This document shows, one piece after another, positions 10,094 to 21,300 of a stretch of 64,000 nt of DNA; the first letter of the stretch is position 1; every line of letters begins with the position of its first letter. The DNA comes from an uncultured virus (IMG/VR IMGVR_UViG_3300001784_000008) (Duplodnaviria > Heunggongvirae > Uroviricota > Caudoviricetes), in IMG/VR virus record IMGVR_UViG_3300001784_000008. The stretch is one strand, 5' to 3'. The position numbers and the translations under genes are program-made. The notes below the pieces were generated by a model. That model worked only from the letters and a program-made list of their open reading frames with translations. It was not told the origin of the DNA and searched no databases.

Positions 10094-10447
10094 ATGGCTG
10101 ATTTCGATAACCTCTTTGACGAGGCCATATCGCGCGCGGATACCACTATACGCGGCGTGATGGGCATCGAGATAAAGATAACATCAGGCGTGTTATCAGG
10201 CGGAAACCTCAACGGCGTATTCGATGATCCAGAAAACATTGGTTATGCCGGTGCGGGGATCCGTGTTGAAGGTACCAGTCCTACCCTGTTTGTGGAGACC
10301 GCCACGGTCAGACAGTTACAGCGTATGGACACGCTGACGATTAACGGGCGGCCATTCTGGGTTGAACGTATTGGCCCGGATGACTGTGGCTCCTGTCATA
10401 TCTGGCTGAGTAACGGCTCTCCACCTGCATCTTCGCGCCGCCGTTAA
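10094..10447 (+). CDS. FII: Head-tail joining protein FII
   Basis: MADFDNLFDEAISRAD. Confidence 0.92.
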   Translation: MADFDNLFDEAISRADTTIRGVMGIEIKITSGVLSGGNLNGVFDDPENIGYAGAGIRVEGTSPTLFVETATVRQLQRMDTLTINGRPFWVERIGPDDCGSCHIWLSNGSPPASSRRR

Positions 10448-10456
10448 GGAGCGCCT

Positions 10457-11011
10457 ATGTCCATAAAAGGTCTTGAACAGGCTATAGAAAACCTTAACAG
10501 CATCAGTAAAACGGCTGTCCCACGCGCATCGGCACAGGCCGTTAACCGCGTGGCAAACAGGGCCGTCAGCCGCAGTGTGGCCGTCGTCTCAAAAGATACC
10601 CGCGTACCGCGAAAACTGGTAAAGCAACGCGCCAGGGTGAAGCGTGCGACGGTTAATAAACCCCGTGCGCTTATCCGTGTTAACCGTGGCAATTTACCGG
10701 CCATAAAACTCGGTACCGCCAGCGTGCGACTTTCCCGCAGAAAACGGGACAAGAAAGGGGCTAACAGCGTTTTGCGCATCGGGCCTTTCCGTTTTCCGGG
10801 CGGTTTTATCCAGCAACTTAAAAATGGTCGCTGGCATGTCATGAGGCGAACGTCAAAACCCCGTTACCCCATTGAAGTGGTCAGCATCCCTCTGGCAGCA
10901 CCATTGACTTCGGCATTTAAAGAGGAACTGCCGAAGCTCATGGAGTCAGATATGCCCAAAGAACTCCGGGCATCCCTTACCAACCAACTCAGGTTAATTC
11001 TTACACGATGA
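10457..11011 (+). CDS. Z: Minor tail protein Z
   Basis: MSIKGLEQAIENL, VNRGNLPAIKLG. Confidence 0.92.
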   Translation: MSIKGLEQAIENLNSISKTAVPRASAQAVNRVANRAVSRSVAVVSKDTRVPRKLVKQRARVKRATVNKPRALIRVNRGNLPAIKLGTASVRLSRRKRDKKGANSVLRIGPFRFPGGFIQQLKNGRWHVMRRTSKPRYPIEVVSIPLAAPLTSAFKEELPKLMESDMPKELRASLTNQLRLILTR

Positions 11012-11406
11012 AACACAGCGATATCCGCAAGGTGATTATTGACGCGCTGGAAAGCGCGATTGGTACTGACGTCATTTATTTTGACGGCAGACCTGCAGTG
11101 CTCGAAGAGGGTGATTTTCCGGCTGTTGCCGTCTACCTGACCGATGCGGAATACACCGGGGAAGAGCTGGATGCCGATAGCTGGCAGGCCACTCTGCATA
11201 TCGAAGTCTTCCTCGCGGCTCAGGTACCTGATTCTGAGCTGGATGACTGGATGGAGACGCGAGTGTACCCGGTTCTTGCAGAGGTTCCGGGGCTTGAATC
11301 CCTTATCAACACAATGGTTCAGCAGGGTTACGACTACCAGCGCGATGACGATATGGCGCTGTGGAGTTCTGCCGACCTGAAATATTCCATTACTTACGAA
11401 ATGTGA
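11008..11406 (+). CDS. U: Tail terminator protein U
   Basis: [22 protein letters not shown]. Confidence 0.92.
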   Translation: MKHSDIRKVIIDALESAIGTDVIYFDGRPAVLEEGDFPAVAVYLTDAEYTGEELDADSWQATLHIEVFLAAQVPDSELDDWMETRVYPVLAEVPGLESLINTMVQQGYDYQRDDDMALWSSADLKYSITYEM

Positions 11407-11413
11407 GGACCCT

Positions 11414-12151
11414 ATGGCCACACCAAATCCGCTGGCACCGACAAAAGGTGCCGGTACCACTCTCTGGGTTTACGCCGGAACCGGCGATCCCTACGCCAAT
11501 CCGCTTTCAGACGTTGACTGGTTGCGTCTGGCAAAAATTAAAGACCTGCAGCCCGGTGAACTGACCGCTGAATCAGAAGATGACACCTACATCGATGATA
11601 AGAATGCCGACTGGACATCAACGATGCAGGGGCAGAAATCAGCCGGTGAAACCAACCTGACGCTGGCATGGATGCCGGGGGATTCCGGTCAGCAGGACCT
11701 GGTGAAATGGTTCGATGAAGGCACCGTGAAAGGATATAAAATCAAATATCCGAATGGTGTTGTCGATGTCTTTAAAGGCTGGGTAAGCAGCCTGGGTAAG
11801 ACGGTTTCATCCAAAGAGGTTATGACCCGCACGGTAAAAATCACCAATAATGGCAAACCATCGCTGGCAGAAGACAGCGGCACACCGCCGATTGCCGTCA
11901 CGGGGATCAGCCTGGATAAATCTACCGCAGCTGTGGCGGTTGCTGCCACGACGCAACTGGCGGTATCTGTCCTGCCGACAAGTGCTTCAGACACATCCTT
12001 CCGTGTCGCCAGCTCTGATCCTTCCAAAGCAACGGTCACCGTCAGCGGTAATACCCTGACCATCACCGGCGTGGCGGCAGGTACCGTCGAAATCATCGTC
12101 ATGAGCAATGACGGTAACTTTGTGGCGATCTGCAAAGTCACTGTTTCCTGA
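11414..12151 (+). CDS. V: Major tail tube protein V with Ig-like C-terminus
   Basis: [27 protein letters not shown]. Confidence 0.93.
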   Translation: MATPNPLAPTKGAGTTLWVYAGTGDPYANPLSDVDWLRLAKIKDLQPGELTAESEDDTYIDDKNADWTSTMQGQKSAGETNLTLAWMPGDSGQQDLVKWFDEGTVKGYKIKYPNGVVDVFKGWVSSLGKTVSSKEVMTRTVKITNNGKPSLAEDSGTPPIAVTGISLDKSTAAVAVAATTQLAVSVLPTSASDTSFRVASSDPSKATVTVSGNTLTITGVAAGTVEIIVMSNDGNFVAICKVTVS

Positions 12152-12186
12152 TAACCGGGGCGTGAGCCCCGTTCCCCGGAGTAATT

Positions 12187-12606
12187 ATGTTTCTAAAAAG
12201 CGAACTGCTTGAAAGTAATGGCAGCAGTGTCACATTGTTCCAGCTGTCGGCGCTGCAGCGTATTGAACACCTCGAATATCTGAAGCAGCTGGAAGCAGTT
12301 GAAGAGGGCGATTTTCAGGCGGCCATTGCACTCACCGTGAAGAGCGGGGCATACCTCGTGGCGATGTCGCTCTGGCACGACCACGCACTGAAAGGCTCGG
12401 GAGAAAACGCGGTGGCGGAAGTCGTGAAGATTCAGGATGAAGTCATGCAGTCATGGCCGACTGAACTCATTGCCGAAGCAGAATATAAGGTAAAACTCCT
12501 GTCCGGCATGATTGCGCCTGTAACTGATGAACCGACAGAGCAAGACGAAGAGCGTAATGATCCTGCAGAACCCGTGACTGCGGAAAAGCCCTCGCCAGTG
12601 AGCTGA
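12187..12606 (+). CDS. G: Tail assembly chaperone G
   Basis: MFLKSE...LSALQRIEHL; synteny. Confidence 0.9.
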   Translation: MFLKSELLESNGSSVTLFQLSALQRIEHLEYLKQLEAVEEGDFQAAIALTVKSGAYLVAMSLWHDHALKGSGENAVAEVVKIQDEVMQSWPTELIAEAEYKVKLLSGMIAPVTDEPTEQDEERNDPAEPVTAEKPSPVS

Positions 12607-12935
12607 AATTTGCCATGAAACTGGCGCGTGAGTTCGGTCGCCCTGACTGGCGCGCCATGCTTGCTGGCATGACTTCAACAGAATACGGCGACTGGAAAAT
12701 ATTCTACCGGGACAATTTCTTTCATGATGTGCAGCTGGATGCTCACTTCTCCAGCCTGCTCTACACCATCTCAACCCTGTTTTTTGCCGATCCGGAATTA
12801 TCCCCGGACAGTTTCAGCATTCTTTCCCCTGAACCGGAATCCATCGACATCGATGATCCGGATGACGATACGCTGATGGCGAAGGCTGAAGGTATTTCAG
12901 GAGGCGTGCGCTATGGCCCAGACGGCAGTCGGTGA
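12582..12935 (+). CDS. T: Tail assembly chaperone T (via -1 frameshift from G)
   Basis: GGAAAAG at 12582-12588; -1 frame open into MKLAREFGRPDWRAMLAGM. Confidence 0.85.
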   Translation, partial: GKALASELKFAMKLAREFGRPDWRAMLAGMTSTEYGDWKIFYRDNFFHDVQLDAHFSSLLYTISTLFFADPELSPDSFSILSPEPESIDIDDPDDDTLMAKAEGISGGVRYGPDGSR

Positions 12936-15429
12936 TCTGGTCGTTAACCTTGACGTTAACTCGACGAAATTTAACGAGCAGCTCAACTACGTCAAAAAAG
13001 AATTAAAACAGACCGGCAATGCGGCAAATGACGAAGCTTTACGGATCCAGCAGTCCTTCAGCCGCCAGGAGAATGCCGCGCGTAAGGCGGGTATTTCTGT
13101 CGGTCAGTATACCCAGGCGATGCGTATGCTTCCGGCGCAGTTTACCGATGTGGCGACGCAGCTGGCGGGCGGCCAGAACCCCTGGCTGATTCTGCTTCAG
13201 CAGGGCGGGCAGGTTAAGGATTCCTTTGGCGGGATTATTCCAACATTTCGGGCGCTGATGGGGACAATTTCCCCCATGATGCTTGGCATTGGAGCATTGT
13301 CCGTCGCAACGGGTGCGCTGTTTTACGCATGGTACCATGGCTCTTCCACACTGTCTGATTTCAACAAAACGCTGGTATTGTCAGGGAACACTGCCGGGTT
13401 GACTGCCGACCGCATGCTGGTACTGGCACGAAACGGCCAGGCAGCGGGGCTGACGTTCAATCAGACCAGCGAAGCCCTGAGCGAGCTTATCAACGCGGGG
13501 GTGGGCGCGGGTTCACGCTTTGATGAAATGAGCCAGGCGGTGGCGCGATTTACTGATGCCTCCGGCGTGCCGGTGGAGAAAGTCGCAGCCGCATACGGCA
13601 AGCTCACTACTGACCCTACATCTGGCCTGATCGCGATGGCTCAGCAGTTCCACAACGTTACGGCCGAACAGATTGCCCATGTGGCACAGCTGCAGCGTGC
13701 GGGTGACGAGGCTGGCGCACTGCAGGCGGCTAACGAGGCTGCTACTGCCGGATTCAACGATCAGACCAAAGCCATCCGCGACAATATGGGGTCGATTGAA
13801 TCTTCAGCTGATTCCCTGAAGCGCGCCTTCAAGTCAATGTGGGATGCCGCACTTGATATTGGCAGACCTGACACTGCCCAGGAGATGGTGGCAAAAGCCG
13901 AAGCCGCATTTAAAAAGGCTGATGAAATCTGGAACCTGCGTAAAAATGATGGCTATGTAAATTCGCAGGCTCGAGATCTCTACTGGAATGATCGCGAGGT
14001 GGCGAGAGCTGAGCTTGAAAAAGCCAAGCGTCAGGCCGGAATTGAGAAGGAAAAGCAGGAGAATGCTTCGCGCGAAGCAACGCTTGAATCTGACCGTCAG
14101 AAGTATGCCGCGCAGGCGCAGGCGAACTATGCCAAAACCCAGACTGCCCTTGAGAAATACACGGCCAGGCAGAGCGAGCTCAATAAGGCTCTGAAAGAGG
14201 GGCGGATCCTCCAGGCTGACTACAACATCAACCTGGCCGCCGCGAAAAAAGAGTACGAAGACACCCTCAAAAAACCGAAGAAAACCCCTGCAGTCAGGAC
14301 ACCTGCCGGTACCCGTGCAACCGATACGGCCAGCGCCCAGACGATGGAGCTGGAAGCGCAGCTGCGTACCCTGCAGGAGCATAAGGGGATCAATGACACT
14401 ATCAGCCAGCAGCGTCAGGAGCTGTGGCGTCAGCAGTCCCGTTTTACGGTTCTGGAAGAGGCCGCGAAGACCCGGACGCTTTCTGCAGAGGAAAAATCCC
14501 TGCTAGCCAGCAAAAGTGAAGTGCTCTTCCGGGCTGAACTGAATGCAAAACTCGGCGATCAGATAGTGGCTCAGGAGCGACTAAACCGCCTGCAGGATAC
14601 CTCCCAGAAATATGTTACGCAGATTGGCGAGAAAACCCGTGCGCTGAAGGACGGCGGGGCAATGAGTAGTCGTGCTGCGCAACGCCAGAATGAAGAAGCT
14701 CAGCTTCGCCAGGGCTGGATGAATGCCGGTGGATCAGAAACCGATCAGGGCTATCAGAACGAACTGGCTGCGCTCAAAAACTACTACGCTGAGCAGGATA
14801 ATCTGCGCGGAGACTGGCTGTCTGGTGCAAAATCAGCCTGGGCCGACTATGCCGACTCCGCTGCTGATGCCTATGGCCAGATGAAGTCGTTTGCCACCAG
14901 TACGTTTGATGGTATCGGGCAGAACATGGCGGATATGCTCACTACCGGAAAGGCAAACTGGGCTGATTTTACCCGGTCAACATTATCGATGCTGACGCAA
15001 ATCCTGATGAAGCAGGCAATGTCAGGTCTGGTGAGCTCGGCTACATCGGCGTTGGGATTTTCCGGGGGCGGGTTTACCGGTTCAGGCGGGAAATATGAGC
15101 CTGCAGGTGTTGTTCACCGTGGTGAATTTGTCTTCACCAAAGAGGCAACCAGCCGGATTGGCGTCAGGAACCTTTACGGGATGATGAAAGGCTACGCCAC
15201 TGGCGGTCTTGTTGGGGGCAATGGTACAGGGCCAGCTGCAGCACCTTTCGGTGTCAGAGTGTATGCGCCCGTGACGGTCGAGAATGCCTCCGGGGGATCG
15301 CAGCAGCAAAATGACGGTGACAGGCTGGGTAAGGCGTACCAGCAGGTGATTAACAAATCTGTCAATGATGGTATCGCTCAGGCAATCCGGCCAGGTGGGC
15401 TCATCTGGAATGCGACCAATCGCAGGTAA
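12913..15429 (+). CDS. H: Tail tape measure protein H
   Basis: VGDLVVNL, LPAQFTDVATQLAGGQNP; 838 aa. Confidence 0.95.
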   Translation: MAQTAVGDLVVNLDVNSTKFNEQLNYVKKELKQTGNAANDEALRIQQSFSRQENAARKAGISVGQYTQAMRMLPAQFTDVATQLAGGQNPWLILLQQGGQVKDSFGGIIPTFRALMGTISPMMLGIGALSVATGALFYAWYHGSSTLSDFNKTLVLSGNTAGLTADRMLVLARNGQAAGLTFNQTSEALSELINAGVGAGSRFDEMSQAVARFTDASGVPVEKVAAAYGKLTTDPTSGLIAMAQQFHNVTAEQIAHVAQLQRAGDEAGALQAANEAATAGFNDQTKAIRDNMGSIESSADSLKRAFKSMWDAALDIGRPDTAQEMVAKAEAAFKKADEIWNLRKNDGYVNSQARDLYWNDREVARAELEKAKRQAGIEKEKQENASREATLESDRQKYAAQAQANYAKTQTALEKYTARQSELNKALKEGRILQADYNINLAAAKKEYEDTLKKPKKTPAVRTPAGTRATDTASAQTMELEAQLRTLQEHKGINDTISQQRQELWRQQSRFTVLEEAAKTRTLSAEEKSLLASKSEVLFRAELNAKLGDQIVAQERLNRLQDTSQKYVTQIGEKTRALKDGGAMSSRAAQRQNEEAQLRQGWMNAGGSETDQGYQNELAALKNYYAEQDNLRGDWLSGAKSAWADYADSAADAYGQMKSFATSTFDGIGQNMADMLTTGKANWADFTRSTLSMLTQILMKQAMSGLVSSATSALGFSGGGFTGSGGKYEPAGVVHRGEFVFTKEATSRIGVRNLYGMMKGYATGGLVGGNGTGPAAAPFGVRVYAPVTVENASGGSQQQNDGDRLGKAYQQVINKSVNDGIAQAIRPGGLIWNATNRR

Positions 15430-15434
15430 CCGTT

Positions 15435-15782
15435 ATGACGATAGAGACATTTTCGTGGGGCATTAAGGCATCGAGTCAACCCTCCCTCGGCAGTAAAGAC
15501 ACAGTGAGAAAGGCTCAGTTTGGTGATGGATACGCCCAGGTGAGCGGTTCAGGTCTGAATGACGAAATGCTTACCTATGAGTTTTCATATTCAGGAGATC
15601 CGCACACAGCGAACCAGATTCATGCTTTCCTTCGTCGGCACAAAGTGAAGTCATTTATTTTCACTCCACCTTTCAGTGATACCGCGCTGTGGCGTGTTGA
15701 GGCTGACACCCTCAAAAAAGTGGTTAAAAACGTAAAAGTGGTAACCGTAACGGCAACGTTTGAACAGGCATTTGCACCATGA
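15435..15782 (+). CDS. M: Minor tail protein M
   Basis: VRKAQFGDGYAQ; synteny. Confidence 0.9.
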   Translation: MTIETFSWGIKASSQPSLGSKDTVRKAQFGDGYAQVSGSGLNDEMLTYEFSYSGDPHTANQIHAFLRRHKVKSFIFTPPFSDTALWRVEADTLKKVVKNVKVVTVTATFEQAFAP

Positions 15783-16534
15783 GTCTTCATGCTGATTATC
15801 AAAAACTTGAGCCGGGCAATGAAGTCCGGCTTTTTTCTGTCGATGGCACGGTATTCGGCATGTCGGATGTGCTCTGCTTCCACACACATAATATCGCACA
15901 CACACCTGAAGAAATTGAAGCCGCTGGCGGGGATGAGAATAAACTTCCGGCGAAATCCATCTGGTGGCAGGGGCAGGAATACAAAGCCTGGCCGTGTCAG
16001 GTTGAAGGTATTGAGGCGACCACGGACGGTACCAGCCCGCAGCCTAAACTGACGGTGGCTAACCTGGACAGCTCAATCACGGCGCTCTGTCTTGCGTATG
16101 ACGATCTGCTGCAGGCCAAAGTCAGTATCCATGACACTCTGGCGCGGTATCTGGATGCCCGAAATTTTCCCCAGGGTAACCCATCAGCTGATCCCACTCA
16201 GGAAAAGCTGAAGGTCTTTTACATCGATGCAAAAAGCAGTGAAAACAACGAGGTTGTGGAATTCACACTTTCCAGCCCGATGGATCTGCAGGGGCTGATG
16301 ATTCCGACGCGCCAGCTGCATTCGCTGTGTACCTGGTGCATCCGGAACAAGTACCGTACCGGTGATGGCTGTGATTATGCCGGCACGCGCTATTTCGATA
16401 AGCACAATAATCCGGTCGATGATCCGTCGCTCGACGAATGTAACGGCACGCTGACGGCCTGCAAGCTCCGGCATGGAGACGGCAACGAGCTGCCGTTCGG
16501 CGGCTTCCCCGGAACATCCCTTATCAGGAGCTGA
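15779..16534 (+). CDS. L: Minor tail protein L
   Basis: C-terminal Cys cluster and FGGFPG. Confidence 0.93.
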   Translation: MSLHADYQKLEPGNEVRLFSVDGTVFGMSDVLCFHTHNIAHTPEEIEAAGGDENKLPAKSIWWQGQEYKAWPCQVEGIEATTDGTSPQPKLTVANLDSSITALCLAYDDLLQAKVSIHDTLARYLDARNFPQGNPSADPTQEKLKVFYIDAKSSENNEVVEFTLSSPMDLQGLMIPTRQLHSLCTWCIRNKYRTGDGCDYAGTRYFDKHNNPVDDPSLDECNGTLTACKLRHGDGNELPFGGFPGTSLIRS

Positions 16535-16535
16535 T

Positions 16536-17246
16536 ATGCGCCAGAAAACCATTGATGCCATCACGGCTCACGCCGCTGCGGAATATCCGCGTGAGTGCTG
16601 CGGGGTAGTGGCTCAGAAAAGCCGGGTTGAGCGCTATTTTCCCTGCCGCAACCTGTCAGCAGAGCCGACTGAACATTTTCACCTGTCACCCGAAGATTAC
16701 GCCACGGCGGAGGACTGGGGGACGGTGACAGCGATAGTTCACAGCCATCCGGATGCGACGACACAGCCGAGCGAGCTGGACAAAGCCCAGTGCGATGCCA
16801 CGCTGCTGCCCTGGCATATTGTGAGCTGGCCAGAGGGGGATTTACGCACTATTCAGCCGCGCGGCGAACTTCCGCTGCTGGAACGCCCATTTGTGCTCGG
16901 CCATTTCGACTGCTGGGGACTGGTGATGAGCTACTTCCGGCAGACGCATGACATCGAGCTGCACGATTACCGGGTTGATTATCCGTGGTGGGAAGATAAC
17001 TATCCGGACAACTTCTACCAGGACTGCTGGTATGAGTGTGGTTTTCGGGAGTTCACCGGCGCACCACAGTCAGGCGATATGGTCATCATGCAGGTGCAGT
17101 CGAAGAAGTGGAACCATGCGGGGATCCTGTTGGAAGGTAACATGCTTCTCCATCATCTGTACGGTCATCTGAGCCAGCGAGTGCCTTACGGTGGGTACTG
17201 GCAGGATAGAACGATGAAAGTTCTTCGCTATAAGTCTCTGTGCTAA
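16536..17246 (+). CDS. K: Tail assembly protein K (JAB plus NlpC/P60)
   Basis: YPRECCG, VHSHP, DCWGL, NHAGI. Confidence 0.93.
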   Translation: MRQKTIDAITAHAAAEYPRECCGVVAQKSRVERYFPCRNLSAEPTEHFHLSPEDYATAEDWGTVTAIVHSHPDATTQPSELDKAQCDATLLPWHIVSWPEGDLRTIQPRGELPLLERPFVLGHFDCWGLVMSYFRQTHDIELHDYRVDYPWWEDNYPDNFYQDCWYECGFREFTGAPQSGDMVIMQVQSKKWNHAGILLEGNMLLHHLYGHLSQRVPYGGYWQDRTMKVLRYKSLC

Positions 17247-17275
17247 CCTTTACTAAATTTCAAAGGAGCATGAAA

Positions 17276-17608
17276 ATGAAAAAGATATTCTTAGCGCTTA
17301 TTTTTGGCTTGGCGGGCTGCTCTGTGAGTTCTCTCGAATCGCAAAAACCTATTCTTTCCGAGCACTCGGCTAAAAATGTAGATCAGGTTAATAGATGCCT
17401 TGCACCAAAATGGGTCGAACTTCGTTCGTCCAGTACCAGTATTCCAACTGAGTCAGGTTATAAAATAACAGCATCAGATGATATCTTCGGTGCGCTGTCA
17501 GTAGTGAATATTGATAAATCTATTAATGGTGGCAGCGATATTAAGGTATATGCCGTTGCAAAAGGTTGGAATGACCACTGGGCAAATGCTGCCAGATCCT
17601 GTATTTAA
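17276..17608 (+). CDS. Moron lipoprotein between K and I
   Basis: AAGGAG RBS; MKKIFLALIFGLAG-C lipobox; AT-rich; terminator at ~17630-17652. Confidence 0.8.
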   Translation: MKKIFLALIFGLAGCSVSSLESQKPILSEHSAKNVDQVNRCLAPKWVELRSSSTSIPTESGYKITASDDIFGALSVVNIDKSINGGSDIKVYAVAKGWNDHWANAARSCI

Positions 17609-17664
17609 ATATCCACATAAATATTTAACAAGCCACCTCTAGGTGGCTTTTTCATGGGGGAAAT

Positions 17665-18264
17665 ATGACAGAGGTGATGACCAGAATAGAACTTGGCGGC
17701 GTATTGGGGAAAACCTATGGAAAGGTTCATCATCGTTTAATAAGCACTACAGCAGAGGCAATTAACTCCCTTACAAAAACGATTGATGGATTAGAAAAGT
17801 TCTTAATCACGAGTAAAGCCAGAGGGCTTACCTACGCGGTATTTAAAGATAAGAAAAATATTGGACAGGATGATTTCGGATTTCCTGTTACGGGCGAGGT
17901 TATTCGCATCATACCAGTAGTTATTGGTAGTAAAAAAGCAGGGGTACTTCAGACGATTCTTGGTGCTGTCCTTGTCGTTGTTGGTGTGGCAATCGGATAT
18001 TTCTCAGGTGGAGCACTATCCGTAGCTGGATATGGTGCTGCAAAATTAGGCGCAGCCATGATGCTGGGTGGCGTTGTCCAGATGCTTTCCCCTCAACCAT
18101 CAGGTCTTTCCAGCAAACAAAGTGCAGATAACCGTGCTTCATACGCGTTCGGTGGGGTAACAAACACTGCTGCACAGGGATATCCGGTACCGCTACTTTA
18201 CGGGCGCAGGCTTATCGGCGGCGCAATCATCTCCGCAGGGATCTACGTCGAAGACCAACAGTAA
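17665..18264 (+). CDS. I: Tail assembly protein I
   Basis: VIRIIPVVIGSK, GYPVPLLYG. Confidence 0.92.
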   Translation: MTEVMTRIELGGVLGKTYGKVHHRLISTTAEAINSLTKTIDGLEKFLITSKARGLTYAVFKDKKNIGQDDFGFPVTGEVIRIIPVVIGSKKAGVLQTILGAVLVVVGVAIGYFSGGALSVAGYGAAKLGAAMMLGGVVQMLSPQPSGLSSKQSADNRASYAFGGVTNTAAQGYPVPLLYGRRLIGGAIISAGIYVEDQQ

Positions 18265-18314
18265 TTTTCCTCTTCTTTCAGGCCACCTTTCGGTGGTTTT
18301 TTTATGGGCGCAAT

Positions 18315-21300
18315 ATGGCAACTGAAACCATTATTAAAGGCCGCAAGGGCGGCAGTTCCAGCGCACGAACCCCAACAGAGCAGCCAGATGATCTGCAGTC
18401 TGTTGCGAAGGCAAAAATACTTATTGCACTGGGAGAGGGGGAATTTGCTGGAAAACTTACAGCGCGTGATATTTACCTGGACGGCACGCCGCTGGAAAAC
18501 TCGGATGGCTCGCAGAACTTCAGTGGTGTAGCGTGGGAGTTTCGACCGGGAAATCAGGCGCAAAAATACATTCAGGGTATTCCAGGTACTGAGAACGAAA
18601 TTAACGTCGGGACTGAAGTTTCGAGTGATACGGCCTGGACTCATACTTTTACCAATACGCAGCTCTCAGCAGTTCGTCTGCGCCTGAAGTGGCCATCGCT
18701 GTTCGAGCAGAAAAACAACGGCGATCTGGTTGGTTATTCTATTAACTATGCCATTGAGCTGCAGACCGATGGCGGCTCCTGGCAGACGGTGTTGAATACT
18801 AACGTTACCGGCAAAACGACGTCCGGTTACGAGCGCAGCCACCGCATAGACTTGCCTCAGGCTGGAAGCACCTGGACGGTGCGACTGCGCAAACTGACTA
18901 AAGATGCCAACAGCGCGAAAATTGGCGATACGATGACGCTCCAGAGCTACACCGAAGTCATCGACGCGAAGCTGCGTTATCCAAATACTGCTCTGCTGTA
19001 CATCGAATTTGACTCAAGCCAGTTCAACGGCTCTATCCCGCAAATATCATGCGAACCGCGAGGTCGCGTTATCCGCGTACCGGATACTTACGACCCGGAA
19101 ACCCGCACCTATAGCGGCACCTGGACGGGAGCGTTTAAGTGGGCGTGGACGGATAACCCTACATGGATTTTTTACGATCTGGTGGTCACTGACCGTTTCG
19201 GCCTGGGTGATCGGCTCACAGCAGCCAACATAGATAAGTGGACGCTTTATCAGGTCGCACAATACTGCGATCAGGCTGTGCCAGATGGTAAAGGCGGCAA
19301 CGGTACTGAGCCACGCTATATCTGCAATGTATACGTCCAGGAAAGAAACGATGCCTATACGGTTCTGCGGGATTTCGCAGCCATCTTCAGGGGGATGACA
19401 TACTGGGGCGGTGATCAGATTGTTGCGCTGGCGGATATGCCCCGCGATGTTGATTATAGCTACACTCGTGCAAACGTTATTGACGGTCGCTTTAACTATG
19501 CGAGCAGCACATCTAAAACACGATATACCTCCGCGCTGGTATCGTGGTCTGATCCGGATAATGCCTACGCAGATGCGATGGAGCCAGTTTTTGAACAGGC
19601 ACTTGTGGCACGCTACCGCGGATTTAACCAGCTCGAAATGACGGCCATCGGCTGCACCCGACAGTCGGAGGCTAACAGGAAAGGGCGCTGGGGGATTCTG
19701 ACCAACAATAAGGATCGTGTGGTTTCGTTCGATGTCGGGCTTGACGGTAACATACCGCAGCCAGGTTACATCATCGCCGTTGCAGATGAACTCCTTTCCG
19801 GCAAAGCAATGGGAGGCCGCATCAGCGCGGTTAACGGTCGCGTTATTACCCTTGATCGTGATTCCTCTGCAGCTGCAGGTCATCGTCTTATGGTTAACCT
19901 GCCATCCGGTGCATCGCAGAGCCGGACGATACAGAGCGTCAACGGTCGGGCTATAACAGTGTCCACGGCATACAGTGAGATACCAGAGGCAGAGGCGGTC
20001 TGGGTGGTGGAGTCTGATGAACTCTATGCTCAGCAGTACCGTGTTGTCAGTGTGTCTGACAATAACAATGGCACATTCTCTATCGCTGCGGCATACCACG
20101 ACCCTGACAAATATGCGCGGATTGATACCGGCGCGATTATCGACCAGCGGCCAATAAGTGTTATCCCGCCAGGGAACCAGGCACCGCCGGATAACATCGT
20201 GATCAACTCGTTCTCTGTCGTTCAGCAGAACATCAGCGTTGAGACTATGCGCGTCAGCTGGGATCAGGCTCAAAATGCCATAGCCTATGAGGCACAGTGG
20301 CGTCGCAATGACGGGAACTGGGTAAATGTGCCGCGCAGCTCTACCACATCCTTCGATATTCCTGGCATTTATGCAGGACGATATCTGGTACGCGTGCGAG
20401 CCATTAACGCTGCTGAAATTTCATCCGGATGGGGTTATTCAGAAGAGAAAACGTTAACCGGAAAAGTGGGAAATCCGCCGAAGCCGGTGAGCTTTATCGC
20501 TTCGGAAAACGTGGTATTTGGTATCGATCTGAACTGGGCGTTCCCGGCGAATACGGACGATACGCTGAAGACGGAAATTCAGTACAGCCTGACGGGGACG
20601 GAGGGCGATGCGATACTGCTGGCCGATGTACCATACCCACAACGTAAATATCAGCAGATGGGGCTTAAGGCGGGACAGATTTTCTGGTACCGCGCGCAGC
20701 TGGTTGACCGAACCGGTAATGAATCGGGGTATACCGACTTTGTACGGGGTCAGGCCAGCATCGATGTTTCTGATATCACTGATGCCATCCTGGAGGATAT
20801 GAAGGGGTCTGAGACATTCAAAGACCTGATCGAGAACGCTGTGGACAGCAATGAAAAAATTGCTGATATGGCGGATGACATCAAAAGTCATGCCGATGAG
20901 CTGGAGAAGCAGGCGCAAGAGATACAGGAGAATGCTGACGGTCTGGCGCAGGCTGCTGTAAAAATCGATGAGATTTCCGTTTCGATGGACGGCATGACAG
21001 GAGGCGTGAAGAACTCGGCAATTGCGATAATCCAGAACGGGCTGGCGCAGGTAGCCACGCGCAAAAGGCTGTCGGCTACGGTCGCAGGGAACAGCGCGCA
21101 GCTGGATCGCATCGACGAAGTGATCGTCAACGAAAAGGAGGCAACGGCACGCGCATTACTGAGCCTGCAGACGAACGTCAACGGTAACACGGCATCCATC
21201 AACAGCCTGAGCCAGACAGTTTCGAATTATCAGCAGGCCACGGCCACGCAGATAAACGCCATCACAGCGACCGTTAACGGACACACAGCTGCGATAACCA

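Noticed and set aside
10864..11460. 198-aa minus-strand ORF and similar antisense ORFs across structural genes
   Set aside because: Fully overlap well-supported + strand genes
19047..20273. 408-aa minus-strand ORF
   Set aside because: Antisense shadow of J with no recognisable motifs
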